A DNA stretch of 58,852 nt from Mycobacteriales bacterium (GCA_046715235.1 JBKJZO010000040.1:1-58852); one strand, 5' to 3'. Positions 48,624 through 58,387 are shown, counted from the first letter of the stretch. The notes: generated from the letters alone by a model not told the origin. Numbers and translations are program-made.

Positions 48624-50846
48624 ATGAGCGCGACCGGCCAGCCTTCTCGTTCGCCGCGTCGTCCGAAGCGGGCTCGAAAACCCTTCCTGCCACCCGCCCT
48701 GGCGCGGTGGTGGTCCCAGCGCAAGCCGTGGACCAAACGTGTTCTGATCGGCGTCGGAGCGCTGTTCGGGCTGGGGTTCCTCGGCCTGGTCCTGCTGGTG
48801 ACCGTGGCCTCGCGCATCCCCGTGCCCGGTGCCGATGAACGCCTCAACGCGCAGACGACGATCGTCCAGTGGTCTGACCGCTCCGAAATGGGCCGTCTGG
48901 TCGGTTCCGAGAACCGGCAGGAAGTCCCGCTCAAAGACGTGCCCGAGCACGTGCAGGACGCGGTGATCGCGGCTGAGGACCGCGGTTTCTACAAGCACAG
49001 TGGCGTGTCGATTCGCGGAATCGTGCGCGCGGCGTACCGAGACCTGCGCGGCGGCGGCGTACGACAGGGGGGCTCGACGATTCCGCAGCAGTACGCGAAG
49101 AACGCCTTCGACGACAAGGAGAAGACGTTCGCCCGCAAGTTCCGCGAGGCCGTGATCGCGGTAAAGCTCGATCGCAAGTACACGAAGAAGGAGCTGCTCG
49201 AGCTCTATCTCAACGAGATCTACTTCGGCCGCGGTGCCTACGGGATTGAGGCGGCGTCGCGCACCTACTACGGCAAGAGCGCCAAGGCACTGACTCCCGA
49301 GCAGGGGGCCTTCCTCGCCGGGATCATTGCCTCGCCCGAGTCCTTCGACCCCGACACCGATCGCGGTCGGGCGCCGGCCGAACGACGATTCCGCTACGTG
49401 CTCGACGGTATGGCGGACATGGGCAACTACGACCCGGCGGCCGTCGAGACGGCGGAGTTCCCGATGCCGACGCGGCCGCGCGGCGCGACCATCCGCATCA
49501 AGGGACCCCGCTCCTACATCCTCGACGCCGTTCGCGCCGAGGTGCGCAGGGTGCTCGAGGTCGACGACGAAGCGATCTACACCGACGGCTTCCGCATCCG
49601 CACGACGATCGACAGGAAAGCCCAGCAGTCGGCGGAGCAGGCGATCAGCGAATTCTTCCCGACTCAGCCGGCCGGTCTGCAGCAGGCACTCGTGGCGGTC
49701 GACCCGAAGACCGGCGCGATCCGCGCCATGTACGCCGGCCGCGAGCCCGAGGGCAACCGCAAGCGCGTCGACTACTCCGGCATCGTCGGCACGGCCAAGC
49801 GTCAGCCAGGGTCGTCGTTCAAGCCGTACGTCCTGGCCGCCGCGCTGGAGAACGACATGGGCCTGAAGTCGGTCTACGACGGCAACTCGCCCTCGCCGCC
49901 GTACCCGGACAAACCCGAAGGCTTCGACAACTTCGGTGGCGCCGACTACGGCCAGGTCGACCTGCTCAGGGCGACCGCGAAGTCGGTTAACACGACCTAC
50001 GTGAAACTCGGCCAGGACGTCGGCATCGAAAAGGTGGCCGACGCCGCGCATCGCGCCGGGATCCGCCGGGAGATCGAGTTCGACTCCACGGCCGCGAGCA
50101 CCCCGCTCGGTGTGGTCGACGTGGCCGTTGTCGATCAGGCGGTCGGCTTCGCGACGTTCGCCAACGGCGGCGAGCGCGTGACGCCGTACCTCGTCGGCAA
50201 CGTCTTCACTGCGGGCGGCAAACGGTTGTACGAGGTCAAGCCGCGCAAGAACCGCGCGTTCGACGAGCGCGTCGCGGCCGACGTGACCTTCGCCCTGCAA
50301 GGCGTCATCAAACCCGACGGTACAGCCGGCGGCGCGGCGCTCGAGGGCGGCCGGCCGGCCGCGGGCAAGACCGGCACGACGACCAACAACAGGGACACGT
50401 GGTTCGTCGGGTTCACGCCGCAGCTCTCGACCGCGGTGTGGATCGGCTTCGACCCGCCCAAGGAACTCAGGAACGTCGAGATCGGCGGGCAGCGAGTCAC
50501 CGCGCTCACCGGTGGCCGCGGCCCTGCCCTGATCTGGAAGCGATTCATGGACGCCGCATTGGAAGGCGCCGACGTCGTGCCCTTCCCGGAGCCGGCCTTC
50601 GTCGGGCGGCAGCCGACACTTGCTCCGTCCCCGACGGTCTCGCCGACGTTGACGCCGTCCGCGACGGCGACACAGGGTGCAACGACCGCCCCGACCTCGG
50701 CCCCGCCGGTGAACTCGTCGAGCGCGACAGAGCCGCCGCCCACGCAACCGCCGCCCGCCGAGCCGCCGCCCACGGTCCCGCCCCCCGCGCAAACACCCGG
50801 CGCTTTCGCGCCCGCGCAATCGGTGCCACCGGCACCCGCGCCGTGA
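48624..50846 (+). CDS. ponA: Class A penicillin-binding protein (transglycosylase/transpeptidase)
   Basis: ATG 48624. It has a TM, GT51 motifs (AEDRGFYKHSGVSIRGI, RKFREAVIAVKLDRKYTKKELLELYLN), the transpeptidase motifs SSFKP and KTGTT, and a Pro-rich tail. Confidence 0.93.
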   Translation: MSATGQPSRSPRRPKRARKPFLPPALARWWSQRKPWTKRVLIGVGALFGLGFLGLVLLVTVASRIPVPGADERLNAQTTIVQWSDRSEMGRLVGSENRQEVPLKDVPEHVQDAVIAAEDRGFYKHSGVSIRGIVRAAYRDLRGGGVRQGGSTIPQQYAKNAFDDKEKTFARKFREAVIAVKLDRKYTKKELLELYLNEIYFGRGAYGIEAASRTYYGKSAKALTPEQGAFLAGIIASPESFDPDTDRGRAPAERRFRYVLDGMADMGNYDPAAVETAEFPMPTRPRGATIRIKGPRSYILDAVRAEVRRVLEVDDEAIYTDGFRIRTTIDRKAQQSAEQAISEFFPTQPAGLQQALVAVDPKTGAIRAMYAGREPEGNRKRVDYSGIVGTAKRQPGSSFKPYVLAAALENDMGLKSVYDGNSPSPPYPDKPEGFDNFGGADYGQVDLLRATAKSVNTTYVKLGQDVGIEKVADAAHRAGIRREIEFDSTAASTPLGVVDVAVVDQAVGFATFANGGERVTPYLVGNVFTAGGKRLYEVKPRKNRAFDERVAADVTFALQGVIKPDGTAGGAALEGGRPAAGKTGTTTNNRDTWFVGFTPQLSTAVWIGFDPPKELRNVEIGGQRVTALTGGRGPALIWKRFMDAALEGADVVPFPEPAFVGRQPTLAPSPTVSPTLTPSATATQGATTAPTSAPPVNSSSATEPPPTQPPPAEPPPTVPPPAQTPGAFAPAQSVPPAPAP

Positions 50847-51283
50847 AAGCCCAGCGGCGCTGGCGTGCGATAGTCGGCGCCACGTTGGCCTGGTTGGCAG
50901 GCACCCTTTTGGTGTGGGTCGTTGAGATGCCGGCCGTCAGCACTCCGCTTGTACTCGCCGCGATGTTCCCCGGATTGGGCTTGTTCGCGTACGCGGGACT
51001 CCAGCCGACCGCTCGCATGCTGGCCATCAGGTTGATCAGCGCGAGCGTTGGGCTGATCGCCTATTTCGACGCCAGCCAGCGCATGAATCATTGCGGACTC
51101 GACGGATTGTGCGGCCTCAACATCTTCAATGGTGCGTTTGCGGACGCAGCGACGTTTGGGGCGCTGTTAGTCGCAGGGGCGTTGCAGGATCGGGCAAAAA
51201 CGTCTGGTTCGCGAAGCCCGTCAGTCGCGGACCGTCGCCACCCGGAATGGCGCAGGCCCGGCAAGGGCCGACACTCGCGTTAG
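50843..51283 (+). CDS. Hypothetical polytopic membrane protein translationally coupled to ponA
   Basis: GTG 50843 overlaps the ponA TGA (GTGA). The product VKAQRRWRAIVGATLAWLAGTLLVWVV...LAAMFPGLGLFAYAGL...ISASVGLIAYF...FGALLVAGAL has about 4 hydrophobic helices. No family recognised. Confidence 0.45.
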   Translation: MKAQRRWRAIVGATLAWLAGTLLVWVVEMPAVSTPLVLAAMFPGLGLFAYAGLQPTARMLAIRLISASVGLIAYFDASQRMNHCGLDGLCGLNIFNGAFADAATFGALLVAGALQDRAKTSGSRSPSVADRRHPEWRRPGKGRHSR

Positions 51284-51326
51284 TGCGTGCGTGGCGGTGG
51301 CGGACGGCGTACGACACGATGAGCTC

Positions 51327-52808
51327 ATGTCCTCGCCGGTGATCCCATCGCACGAGGACCCCGTTATCCGGGGCGTGAGCACGGTCATTGGCGGCCCGGT
51401 CGGCGCGCACGCCAAGCCCGCGCCAGGTCGGGGTGTGGGCGCGGTCATCGTGTGCCTGTTGCTCGCGACCGCCGTCACGTTCGGGCTGGGCTATGTGCAG
51501 AAGCTGCCGTGCCGTAATCACCAATGGACGCAGGACTACCAGTACACGCGGCTGTGCTACACCGACACGTGGGCGCTCTACTACGCGGAAGGGCTGGACG
51601 CCGGACGCGTCCCCTACCTCGAGCAGGCCGTCGAGTACCCCGTGCTCATCGGCGGGATCATGTGGGTGGCCGCACAGGCGGCATACGACGCCGAGGGCGG
51701 CGACCCCAAGCGCTACTACGACGTGACGGCTGTGCTGTTGCTGCTGTGCGCATTGGCGGCGACGGTCGGCCTGGTCGCCAGTGCCGGCCCGCGGCCATGG
51801 GACGCCGCGCTCTTCGCGTTCGCGCCGGCGCTGGTGCTGCACGGACTGACCAACTGGGATCTGCTCGCGGTCGCCTGCGCGAGTCTCGGCGTCGCGTGCT
51901 GGGCCAAACGCTGGCCGGTGATGGCCGGCATCTGCTTCGGGCTCGGGATCTCGGCCAAGCTCTACCCGGTGATCTTCCTGATCCCGCTGCTCGCGCTGTG
52001 CTGGCGGGCCGGAAGGATGCGCGAGGGCCTGCGTACGGCGATCGCGACGGTAGCGACCGTAATCGTCGTCAACGTTCCCGTCTTCCTGTTCTCCGGCCGA
52101 CTGCTCGACCCGACAGACAAGTGCCACGGCCCTTTCGATCCGGAGCGCTCGTGGTGGGAGTTCTGGAATCGCAACCGCTGCCGGGTCTCCGACTGGGACT
52201 CGCTCTGGTACGCCGCGCAGGACCGCATCGGGTCGATGGGGCTGTTCGGCAAGTCGCCGGGATTCACCTTCGACCCTTTCCTGGTCAACACCTGGAGCCT
52301 GGTGTTCTTCGTGGCCGCGCTGGCCGCGATCGTTGCTCTCGCGATCCGCGCGCCACGACGGCCGAGGCTGCCGCAGCTGCTCTTCCTGACGGTGGCCGCT
52401 TTTCTGCTGGTCAACAAGGTCTGGTCGCCGCAGTACGTCCTGTGGCTGGTGCCGCTCGCTGCGCTGGCCCGGCCACGGTGGCGGCTGTTCCTTGCGTGGC
52501 AGGTGGCTGAGCTGTTCCTGCTGTTCACCCGGTTCTACTTCTTCGTCCACGAAGGCGCACGGTTGGCCCAACCATCTGTGGACAGGGGTCTGCGGCCGGA
52601 GTGGTTTCTCAGCGCGGTCGTCGTACGCGACCTGGTGTTGATTGCGCTCATGGTCGCGGTGGTGCGGGAGATCCGCCGCCCTGACCTCGACGTCGTACGC
52701 CGCGGAGGGGTCGACGATCCGGCCGGCGGAGTGCTCGACGGCGCGCCCGATCGCGAGCCACCTGAGTTCGCCGGCGGGTCACGGCACCAGACGCTCATCG
52801 ACGCATGA
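51327..52808 (+). CDS. GT-C membrane glycosyltransferase, GT87/DUF2029-like (Rv0051-like)
   Basis: Polytopic protein with CYTDTWALYYAEGLDAGRVPYLEQAVEYPVLIGGIMW...KLYPVIFLIPLLAL...NKVWSPQYVLWLVPL. Confidence 0.7.
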   Translation: MSSPVIPSHEDPVIRGVSTVIGGPVGAHAKPAPGRGVGAVIVCLLLATAVTFGLGYVQKLPCRNHQWTQDYQYTRLCYTDTWALYYAEGLDAGRVPYLEQAVEYPVLIGGIMWVAAQAAYDAEGGDPKRYYDVTAVLLLLCALAATVGLVASAGPRPWDAALFAFAPALVLHGLTNWDLLAVACASLGVACWAKRWPVMAGICFGLGISAKLYPVIFLIPLLALCWRAGRMREGLRTAIATVATVIVVNVPVFLFSGRLLDPTDKCHGPFDPERSWWEFWNRNRCRVSDWDSLWYAAQDRIGSMGLFGKSPGFTFDPFLVNTWSLVFFVAALAAIVALAIRAPRRPRLPQLLFLTVAAFLLVNKVWSPQYVLWLVPLAALARPRWRLFLAWQVAELFLLFTRFYFFVHEGARLAQPSVDRGLRPEWFLSAVVVRDLVLIALMVAVVREIRRPDLDVVRRGGVDDPAGGVLDGAPDREPPEFAGGSRHQTLIDA

Positions 52809-53938
52809 CGTCTGTGCGCTCGAACGACTGGCGGGCCGCGGCGCGCGAGGCGCTGCCCGTGTGGGCGGCGAGCCGGGTAGTGGTCGCTTTCGTGTCCATC
52901 GTCGGTGCCTGGACACTGGCCGGCGACTCGAACGCCGGCGCCGTCCCGTCGTTCACGACGCTGTGGAACCGCTGGGACGTCGGCCTCTACATCAAGGTCG
53001 CGCAGCACGGGTACTTCGCCCCCTCCGACCGGTACGGCGACTGCTGCACGGCCGCCTTCTTCCCCGGCGAGCCGCTCGCGCTGCGCGCGGTGCACCCGCT
53101 GATCCCTGACTGGGTCGCCGCGGGCTTGCTCATCTCGCTCGTCGCCAGCGCGTTCGCCACCGTCGCGCTGTACCGCCTCGGCACCGTGGACGGCGGCCGG
53201 CTGGAAGCACAGCGCGCGGTGCTCTATCTGGTCCTCGCGCCGTATGCGGTCTTCCTGTTCGCCGGCTACAGCGAGGCGCTGTTCCTGGCCTTCGCCGTGC
53301 CGTCGTGGCTGGCCGCCCGCGAGGGGCGCTGGCGCGCGGCAGGCCTGCTCGGGGCTGCGGCGGCGTTCGTGCGGATCACCGGGTTCTTCCTCGGTCTGGG
53401 CCTCGTCGTCGAGTACGCCGTCGCGCGCCGGGGGCGGCCAGGGCGCGACTCGGTCTGGCTGCTCGCCCCCTTCGCGGCGGTCGCGGCGTACTGGGCGTGG
53501 CTCTACCACCGCACCGGCGACCTGCTCGCGTGGCACCACGCGCAGGCCGAAGGCTGGGACCGGAAGTTCACGCTGCCGTGGCGAGCGTTCAAGACGACCT
53601 TTGACAGCGCGTTCAACGACGCCGCGCTCGCGACCCACGCCTGGTCGTTCCGCGCCGAGATCATCGCCGTGCTCCTCGGCGTGGTGCTGACGGTCGTCCT
53701 GCTGAAACAGCGCCGGTACGGCGAAGCGACGTTCGTGGGCAGCTGCCTCTTCGTGCTGGCGACGTCCGCGTTCTACCTGTCGGTAGTGCGGGCGGCGCTC
53801 ACGTGGTTTCCCCTCTACCTGCTGATGGCTCGCATGTCGCTGCGCCGCGAGTGGCTGCACTACGTCTTCGTCTGGCTCTGTGCGCCGCTGATGCTGACGA
53901 TGACTCTGGCGTTCACCGCCGGCCACTGGGTCGCCTGA
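52805..53938 (+). CDS. Second GT-C-type membrane glycosyl/mannosyltransferase-like protein
   Basis: The ATGA overlaps the upstream stop. WNRWDVGLYIKVAQHGY...AFFPGEPLALR resembles PIG-V/mannosyltransferase-family actinobacterial proteins. It has about 9 TM helices. Confidence 0.6.
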   Translation: MTSVRSNDWRAAAREALPVWAASRVVVAFVSIVGAWTLAGDSNAGAVPSFTTLWNRWDVGLYIKVAQHGYFAPSDRYGDCCTAAFFPGEPLALRAVHPLIPDWVAAGLLISLVASAFATVALYRLGTVDGGRLEAQRAVLYLVLAPYAVFLFAGYSEALFLAFAVPSWLAAREGRWRAAGLLGAAAAFVRITGFFLGLGLVVEYAVARRGRPGRDSVWLLAPFAAVAAYWAWLYHRTGDLLAWHHAQAEGWDRKFTLPWRAFKTTFDSAFNDAALATHAWSFRAEIIAVLLGVVLTVVLLKQRRYGEATFVGSCLFVLATSAFYLSVVRAALTWFPLYLLMARMSLRREWLHYVFVWLCAPLMLTMTLAFTAGHWVA

Positions 53939-54150
53939 GCGCCCCGGGGCCATCCCGTTCCTAGCTCGTTCGAGTTGTCCCCAGATCCGGGCCTTGCCCG
54001 TTTTTGGCCAGGCGGGCGGCCTACCGTGGCCGCGAAGGAGTTGCTGGGAGGGAGGATCTGCCGTGTTACCCTGCTTCGTTCGTTGACGCGAACACCCTCC
54101 TGCCACGGATCGACCGTGGCCGCATAGTCCACAGGAGGAGGTGGGTCTTC

Positions 54151-54441
54151 TTGCGTCACTACGAAGTGATGGTCATCCTCAATCCCGATCTTGAGGAGCG
54201 GACCGTCGCGCCGGCTCTCGACCAGTTCCTTAAGGTCGTCCGCGACAGCGGCGGCTCGGTCGACAAGGTCGACATCTGGGGCCGGCGGCGTTTGTCGTTC
54301 GAGATGGCCAAGCGTTGGGAAGGCATCTACGCCGTCATCGACCTGACCGCAGATCCTGCGGCGGTCAAGGAGATGGACCGGCAGATGAACCTCAACGAGG
54401 CCGTCATGCGCACCAAGGTCATCCGCCCGGACATGCGCTAA
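54151..54441 (+). CDS. rpsF: 30S ribosomal protein S6
   Basis: TTG start with AGGAGGAGG 8-10 nt upstream. Product (M)[29 protein letters not shown]... Confidence 0.93.
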   Translation: MRHYEVMVILNPDLEERTVAPALDQFLKVVRDSGGSVDKVDIWGRRRLSFEMAKRWEGIYAVIDLTADPAAVKEMDRQMNLNEAVMRTKVIRPDMR

Positions 54442-54562
54442 TCACCTTCTAGCAACCCCCTTCCCCGAACAGGTCGCGGCGACCAGTCGCGACAGCCCGT
54501 CGTACCGCACTGGTATTACTGGGTCGTTGCCCGCTCAGCGGGCGGAAGGGCAAGGACTTCTC

Positions 54563-55072
54563 ATGGCACAAGGCGACACGATCGTGACGATCGTCGGCAA
54601 CATCACGGCAGACCCGGAGCTGCGCTTCACCCCCAACGGCTCCGCGGTGGCCAACTTCACCGTGGCATCCACTCCTCGCATCCTCGACAAGGCGACGAAC
54701 GAGTGGAAGGACGGCGAGGCGCTGTTCATGCGGTGCAGCGTGTGGCGGCAGGCGGCCGAGAACGTCGCCGAGTCACTGCAGCGCGGCACGCGCGTGATCG
54801 TGACCGGCCGGCTCAAGCAGCGCAGCTATGAGACCAAGGAAGGCGAGAAGCGCACCGTCATCGAGCTCGAGGTCGACGAGGTCGGCCCGTCGCTGAAGTA
54901 CGCGACCGCGAAGCCCAACAAGACCTCGCGCGGCGGCGCGGGCGGTGGTTTCAACGGCGGCAACGGCGGCAACGGCGGCGCCAACGGCTCGGGCTCCGAC
55001 TTCGGCGGCGCCGACCCGTGGTCGACTCCGGCCGCGGCCGGGGCGTCCCTGTCGGACGAACCACCCTTCTAG
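54563..55072 (+). CDS. ssb: Single-stranded DNA-binding protein
   Basis: [37 protein letters not shown]...[12 protein letters not shown], a Gly-rich tail, and an acidic tip DEPPF. Confidence 0.95.
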   Translation: MAQGDTIVTIVGNITADPELRFTPNGSAVANFTVASTPRILDKATNEWKDGEALFMRCSVWRQAAENVAESLQRGTRVIVTGRLKQRSYETKEGEKRTVIELEVDEVGPSLKYATAKPNKTSRGGAGGGFNGGNGGNGGANGSGSDFGGADPWSTPAAAGASLSDEPPF

Positions 55073-55117
55073 AACACGACATCCACTTCCCCACCGAGAA
55101 CTCACGAGGACGACTTC

Positions 55118-55354
55118 ATGGCGAAGCCACCGATTCGCAAGCCGAAGAAGAAGGTTTGCGTCTTCTGCAAGGAAAAGATCGCGTACGTCGACTACAAGGA
55201 CACGGGCCTGCTGCGCAAGTTCGTCTCCGACCGCGGCAAGATCCGTGCCCGCCGGGTCAGTGGCAACTGCAGCCAGCACCAACGCGATGTGGCGATGGCG
55301 GTCAAGAACAGCCGCGAGATGGCGTTGCTGCCCTACACCAGCACCGCCCGATAG
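55118..55354 (+). CDS. rpsR: 30S ribosomal protein S18
   Basis: [50 protein letters not shown]. Confidence 0.95.
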   Translation: MAKPPIRKPKKKVCVFCKEKIAYVDYKDTGLLRKFVSDRGKIRARRVSGNCSQHQRDVAMAVKNSREMALLPYTSTAR

Positions 55355-55371
55355 GCCGCGGGGTCCTGACG

Positions 55372-55824
55372 ATGATGAAGCTCATCCTCACGCGAGAAGT
55401 CAGCGGCCTGGGCGCTCCTGGCGACATCGTCGAGGTCGCTGACGGCTACGGCCGCAACTACCTCGTCCCGCACGGCTTGGCGATGAAGGCGACCAAGGGC
55501 GCTGAGAAGCAGATCGCGACGATCAAGCGCGCCCGCGAGGTGCGCGAGGTCCGCACTCTCGGCGAGGCGAAGGCGATCGCGGCCGAGCTCGCGGCTCTGA
55601 CCGTCACGCTGCCGGCCCGCGCCGGCGACGCCGGCAAGTTGTTCGGCTCGGTCACCGCGGCCGATGTCGTCGGTGCGGTAAAGGCCGCCGGTGGTCCGAC
55701 GATCGACAAGCGCAAGGTGCTGCTTGCGTCGACGATCAAGTCGATCGGCACGCACGAGGTCGGCGTACGGATCCACCCCGAAGTCGACGCCAAGATCTCG
55801 CTCGAGGTCGTCGCGGCGAAGTAG
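55372..55824 (+). CDS. rplI: 50S ribosomal protein L9
   Basis: (M)[39 protein letters not shown] 55375 is equally possible. Confidence 0.95.
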   Translation: MMKLILTREVSGLGAPGDIVEVADGYGRNYLVPHGLAMKATKGAEKQIATIKRAREVREVRTLGEAKAIAAELAALTVTLPARAGDAGKLFGSVTAADVVGAVKAAGGPTIDKRKVLLASTIKSIGTHEVGVRIHPEVDAKISLEVVAAK

Positions 55825-55840
55825 CTTGCACGTAGCGCCA

Positions 55841-55868
55841 GCCCGTCCGGTTCGCCGGGCGGGCTTTT
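55841..55868 (+). terminator. Rho-independent terminator after rplI
   Basis: GCCCGTCCGG-ttcg-CCGGGCGGGC (10-bp stem with one G-U pair and a tetraloop) followed by TTTT. It lies 17 nt after the rplI stop. Confidence 0.7.
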
Positions 55869-55968
55869 CGCTGTCAATCACCCGCACGGGTGGCGGGCAA
55901 GGGGTCGCCGTCATCCGATCAAGTGAGTGAGCGCCGGCGCCCGTCGGCACATGCTGCGAGGTTGCTTG

Positions 55969-57117
55969 ATGGTCCGGACCCGTTTGACGTCCCAGCTGCG
56001 CCGCATCGGTGCGACAGCGGTCGCCGCTGCAATCGCCGCTGGTCTGGCGCTCGCCATGCCAGGCGCTGCGCACGCAGCCGAGGCGCTCCCTGGCCTGCCG
56101 GCCGGCCTGAACTACTCCAGCGACCGCGCCGGCACGTGGGCTGCGGGAAACGCGGTCACGGGCGGCGCCCTGGCCTCCTGTGCCCAGCCGGCGATCAAGG
56201 CCGACCGCGTCGGCAACCTGCACCTTGTGTGCAAGGGCGCGACGGGCCTGTACTACTTCACCCGGACGCTCACGGGCTCTTGGTCGTCGCCCCGCCTGAT
56301 CGCGGGGACTGTCGCTGCGGACGGTGCAGCGTCACTGGACGTGTCGCCGAACAGCGTTGTGACCATCGCCTTCTCGCGCGCATCCGGCACGCCGGGCATC
56401 TACGTGGTCGGGCGTACCTCGACGGGCGAGTGGGGTGTCCTGAGCCGCCGGACGACGACTGCTGGCGACCTGACGCCGGCGATCGCGGTCGATGGCGCAG
56501 GCAAGGCGCACGTTGTCTTCAGCCGCACCGCCGGCACCGCCGCACTGAGGGGCCTGTACTACATGACCGATCGGCCAGGTGCGTGGACCACCGCCGCGGC
56601 AATCACCGGCACCGCTGCCGGTGATGTCGAGCCGGCGCTCGTTGTCGGGTTCAACGGCGTACTCAAGATGGTGGCGTTCGCACGCACCTCAGGCCAGGTC
56701 GGCGTCTACCTGTCGATGTCAGACCTAAAGGGCACCTGGACTACCCCCGGCCGCGGTTCCACGGTCGCCGACCGACTGCCGAAGTTGGTGGTCGACCCCA
56801 GCGGCCGGTCGCACATCGTCGTGCAGCGCGCGAGCGGCGCGACTGCAGGTCTGGTGCACGTGACCAACATCGCGGGCCGCTGGGCCGCCACGCGGATCGC
56901 CGGCACAGCGGCGGGTGACGTCAATGCGGTGCTGGCCATCGCTGGGAGCGATGTGCACCTGGCATTCAAGCGTCCGTCGGGTGCAACCGCGGGCATTCAT
57001 GTCGCAAGCTTCGGGACTCGGTGGTCGGCGTTGTCGAGGCGCGCGACGGTCGCAACCGCGGCGCAGACCCCTACGATCACGACGGATGCGAGCAACCGAG
57101 CGCACGTCGTCTGGTAA
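55969..57117 (+). CDS. Secreted protein built of about 7 tandem ~48-aa beta-propeller-like repeats
   Basis: ATG 55969 has GAGG 7 nt upstream; the track's start is GTG 55927. The signal peptide is MVRTRLTSQLRRIGATAVAAAIAAGLALAMPGAAHA. Repeat units follow the pattern G-x-W-(10-20 aa)-P-x-[IVL]-x-V-D-x-x-G-x-x-H-[IVL]-[VA]-F-x-R. One example is GEWGVLS...PAIAVDGAGKAHVVFSR. Confidence 0.7.
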   Translation: MVRTRLTSQLRRIGATAVAAAIAAGLALAMPGAAHAAEALPGLPAGLNYSSDRAGTWAAGNAVTGGALASCAQPAIKADRVGNLHLVCKGATGLYYFTRTLTGSWSSPRLIAGTVAADGAASLDVSPNSVVTIAFSRASGTPGIYVVGRTSTGEWGVLSRRTTTAGDLTPAIAVDGAGKAHVVFSRTAGTAALRGLYYMTDRPGAWTTAAAITGTAAGDVEPALVVGFNGVLKMVAFARTSGQVGVYLSMSDLKGTWTTPGRGSTVADRLPKLVVDPSGRSHIVVQRASGATAGLVHVTNIAGRWAATRIAGTAAGDVNAVLAIAGSDVHLAFKRPSGATAGIHVASFGTRWSALSRRATVATAAQTPTITTDASNRAHVVW

Positions 57118-57141
57118 CCCGGGCACGCCCCGACGCCGCGC

Positions 57142-57669
57142 CTACACGGGATCGATCGTCGCGAAGCGCCAGCGGGTTGCGAGCTCGGTGAATTCCGGCT
57201 CCCGGCAGATCAACCCGATGACGACCCGGGGCGCGACCGCAAACACGGGATTGCTTACAGCATCGGGCCAGTCGCTCTCGTACTTGGTGGCGTAGCGCCG
57301 ACCGACGAAATCGAGGGCGTCCGGGTCGCCGACCCGCTCGGCGACACCATGCACGATGACGGACTCGTCGGCGTACTCCGGTGCGACAACGCAGCGGGCA
57401 TCGGCCGTGAGGTTGCGCGCTTTGACCGGCGCGCCGCCGGTGCTGAAGTACAGCGCGCCGCCTACCCAGACTCCCCTGACAGCCGCGAGATGAGGCCGGC
57501 CGTCGGCGGCCGTCGTCGCGACCCAGTAGTTGCGGGCCCGCTCGAGCCGCTCGAGGGCCCACGACCAAGGCAGCAAGCCGGTGGAAGCGTCGGCTAGCCC
57601 ATAGCCAGGCATGTCCGGCCGGTCGACGGAGATCGGATCAGGTCCGGGAAGCCACGGTCCGGTTCGCAT
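57142..57669 (-). CDS. Pyridoxamine 5'-phosphate oxidase-family (PPOX/FMN- or F420-binding split-barrel) protein
   Basis: PDMPGYGL...GLLPWSWALERLERARNYWVATTAADGRPHLAAVRGVWVGGALYFSTG...KARNL. Start ATG 57669 or ATG 57612. The track's upstream extension is Arg/Ser-rich and looks non-coding. Confidence 0.75.
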   Translation of the reverse strand: MRTGPWLPGPDPISVDRPDMPGYGLADASTGLLPWSWALERLERARNYWVATTAADGRPHLAAVRGVWVGGALYFSTGGAPVKARNLTADARCVVAPEYADESVIVHGVAERVGDPDALDFVGRRYATKYESDWPDAVSNPVFAVAPRVVIGLICREPEFTELATRWRFATIDPV

Positions 57670-57724
57670 GAGCAAAGCATGTCGCAGCGACCGGGAACTC
57701 TCGTGCGCGCCGTACGGCCGGTCC

Positions 57725-58309
57725 CTACCTCGACTGTGCGCCCTGCTTCGGGAGCGGCTCGGCGGTGTACTTCGGGTACCAGCCGCGGTAGCCGAGGCTG
57801 CGGCCCAGGAGCGCCAACGGTCCGAACAGCGCTCGTTGCACCGCCGCAGACGGGCGTGCAAGGCGCATCTCCTTGTCGTACTCCCTCATTAGCACGGCCA
57901 GGCTGAGCAGGTTGGGCAGGCCTTTCCGGTTGGTCTTCCCATCGGCAGCGAGGCCGAAGAAGGTTTCGAAGAACATCTCTGTGCGAAGGGCGGGCGCGAA
58001 TTCGGCTCGGATCTGGGCTTCATCGTCTCCGACATTGGTCCAGGTGTGCGCTCGTCCCGCGGGGACGCTGGCCCGTTCGCCTGGGCCGAGAAGCAACTCC
58101 TCGTCGTCCACCTGCAGGCGGATCCGTCCGCTGACGACTTGGAAGCGCTCCTCCTGATGTGGATGCACGTGCGTGGCGGCCGGACGCGCGCCGGGCTGGG
58201 CGAACAAGTCGCCGGCAAGCAGTTGGCCGTTGGTGTCACAAGCGACCTGGCGCCATACCACGCGTTCTCCGGTTACTGGGTGGTTCAATTCCTGGCCTGC
58301 CTGTGCCAC
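57725..58309 (-). CDS. Cupin-domain protein
   Basis: The cupin motifs are HVHPHQEERFQVVSGRIRLQVD...GPGERASVPAGRAHTWTN. Confidence 0.8.
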   Translation of the reverse strand: MAQAGQELNHPVTGERVVWRQVACDTNGQLLAGDLFAQPGARPAATHVHPHQEERFQVVSGRIRLQVDDEELLLGPGERASVPAGRAHTWTNVGDDEAQIRAEFAPALRTEMFFETFFGLAADGKTNRKGLPNLLSLAVLMREYDKEMRLARPSAAVQRALFGPLALLGRSLGYRGWYPKYTAEPLPKQGAQSR

Positions 58310-58387
58310 GCTGTCGCCCCTTTCGGTTGGCTGCCAACGCTAGGCTTCGGCCGAGCCGCGTGCTATCCCAGAGAACTGGGATCTTGC

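Noticed and set aside
48534-54106. Long minus-strand ORFs 48534..50819 (761 aa), 51126..52571 (481 aa) and 52535..54106 (523 aa)
   Set aside because: They are antisense to ponA and the two GT-C genes, all of which carry diagnostic motifs. Their products are dominated by Arg, Gly, Asp and Glu runs.
54083-54128. Sigma-70-type promoter for rpsF (TTGACG at 54083)
   Set aside because: No acceptable -10 hexamer lies at a 16-19 nt spacing, and CATAGT is 34 nt away.
54529-54543. GCCCGC-tca-GCGGGC hairpin 20 nt upstream of ssb as a regulatory element
   Set aside because: It is a short 6-bp stem without a U-tract or known motif, and it cannot be distinguished from chance in GC-rich DNA.
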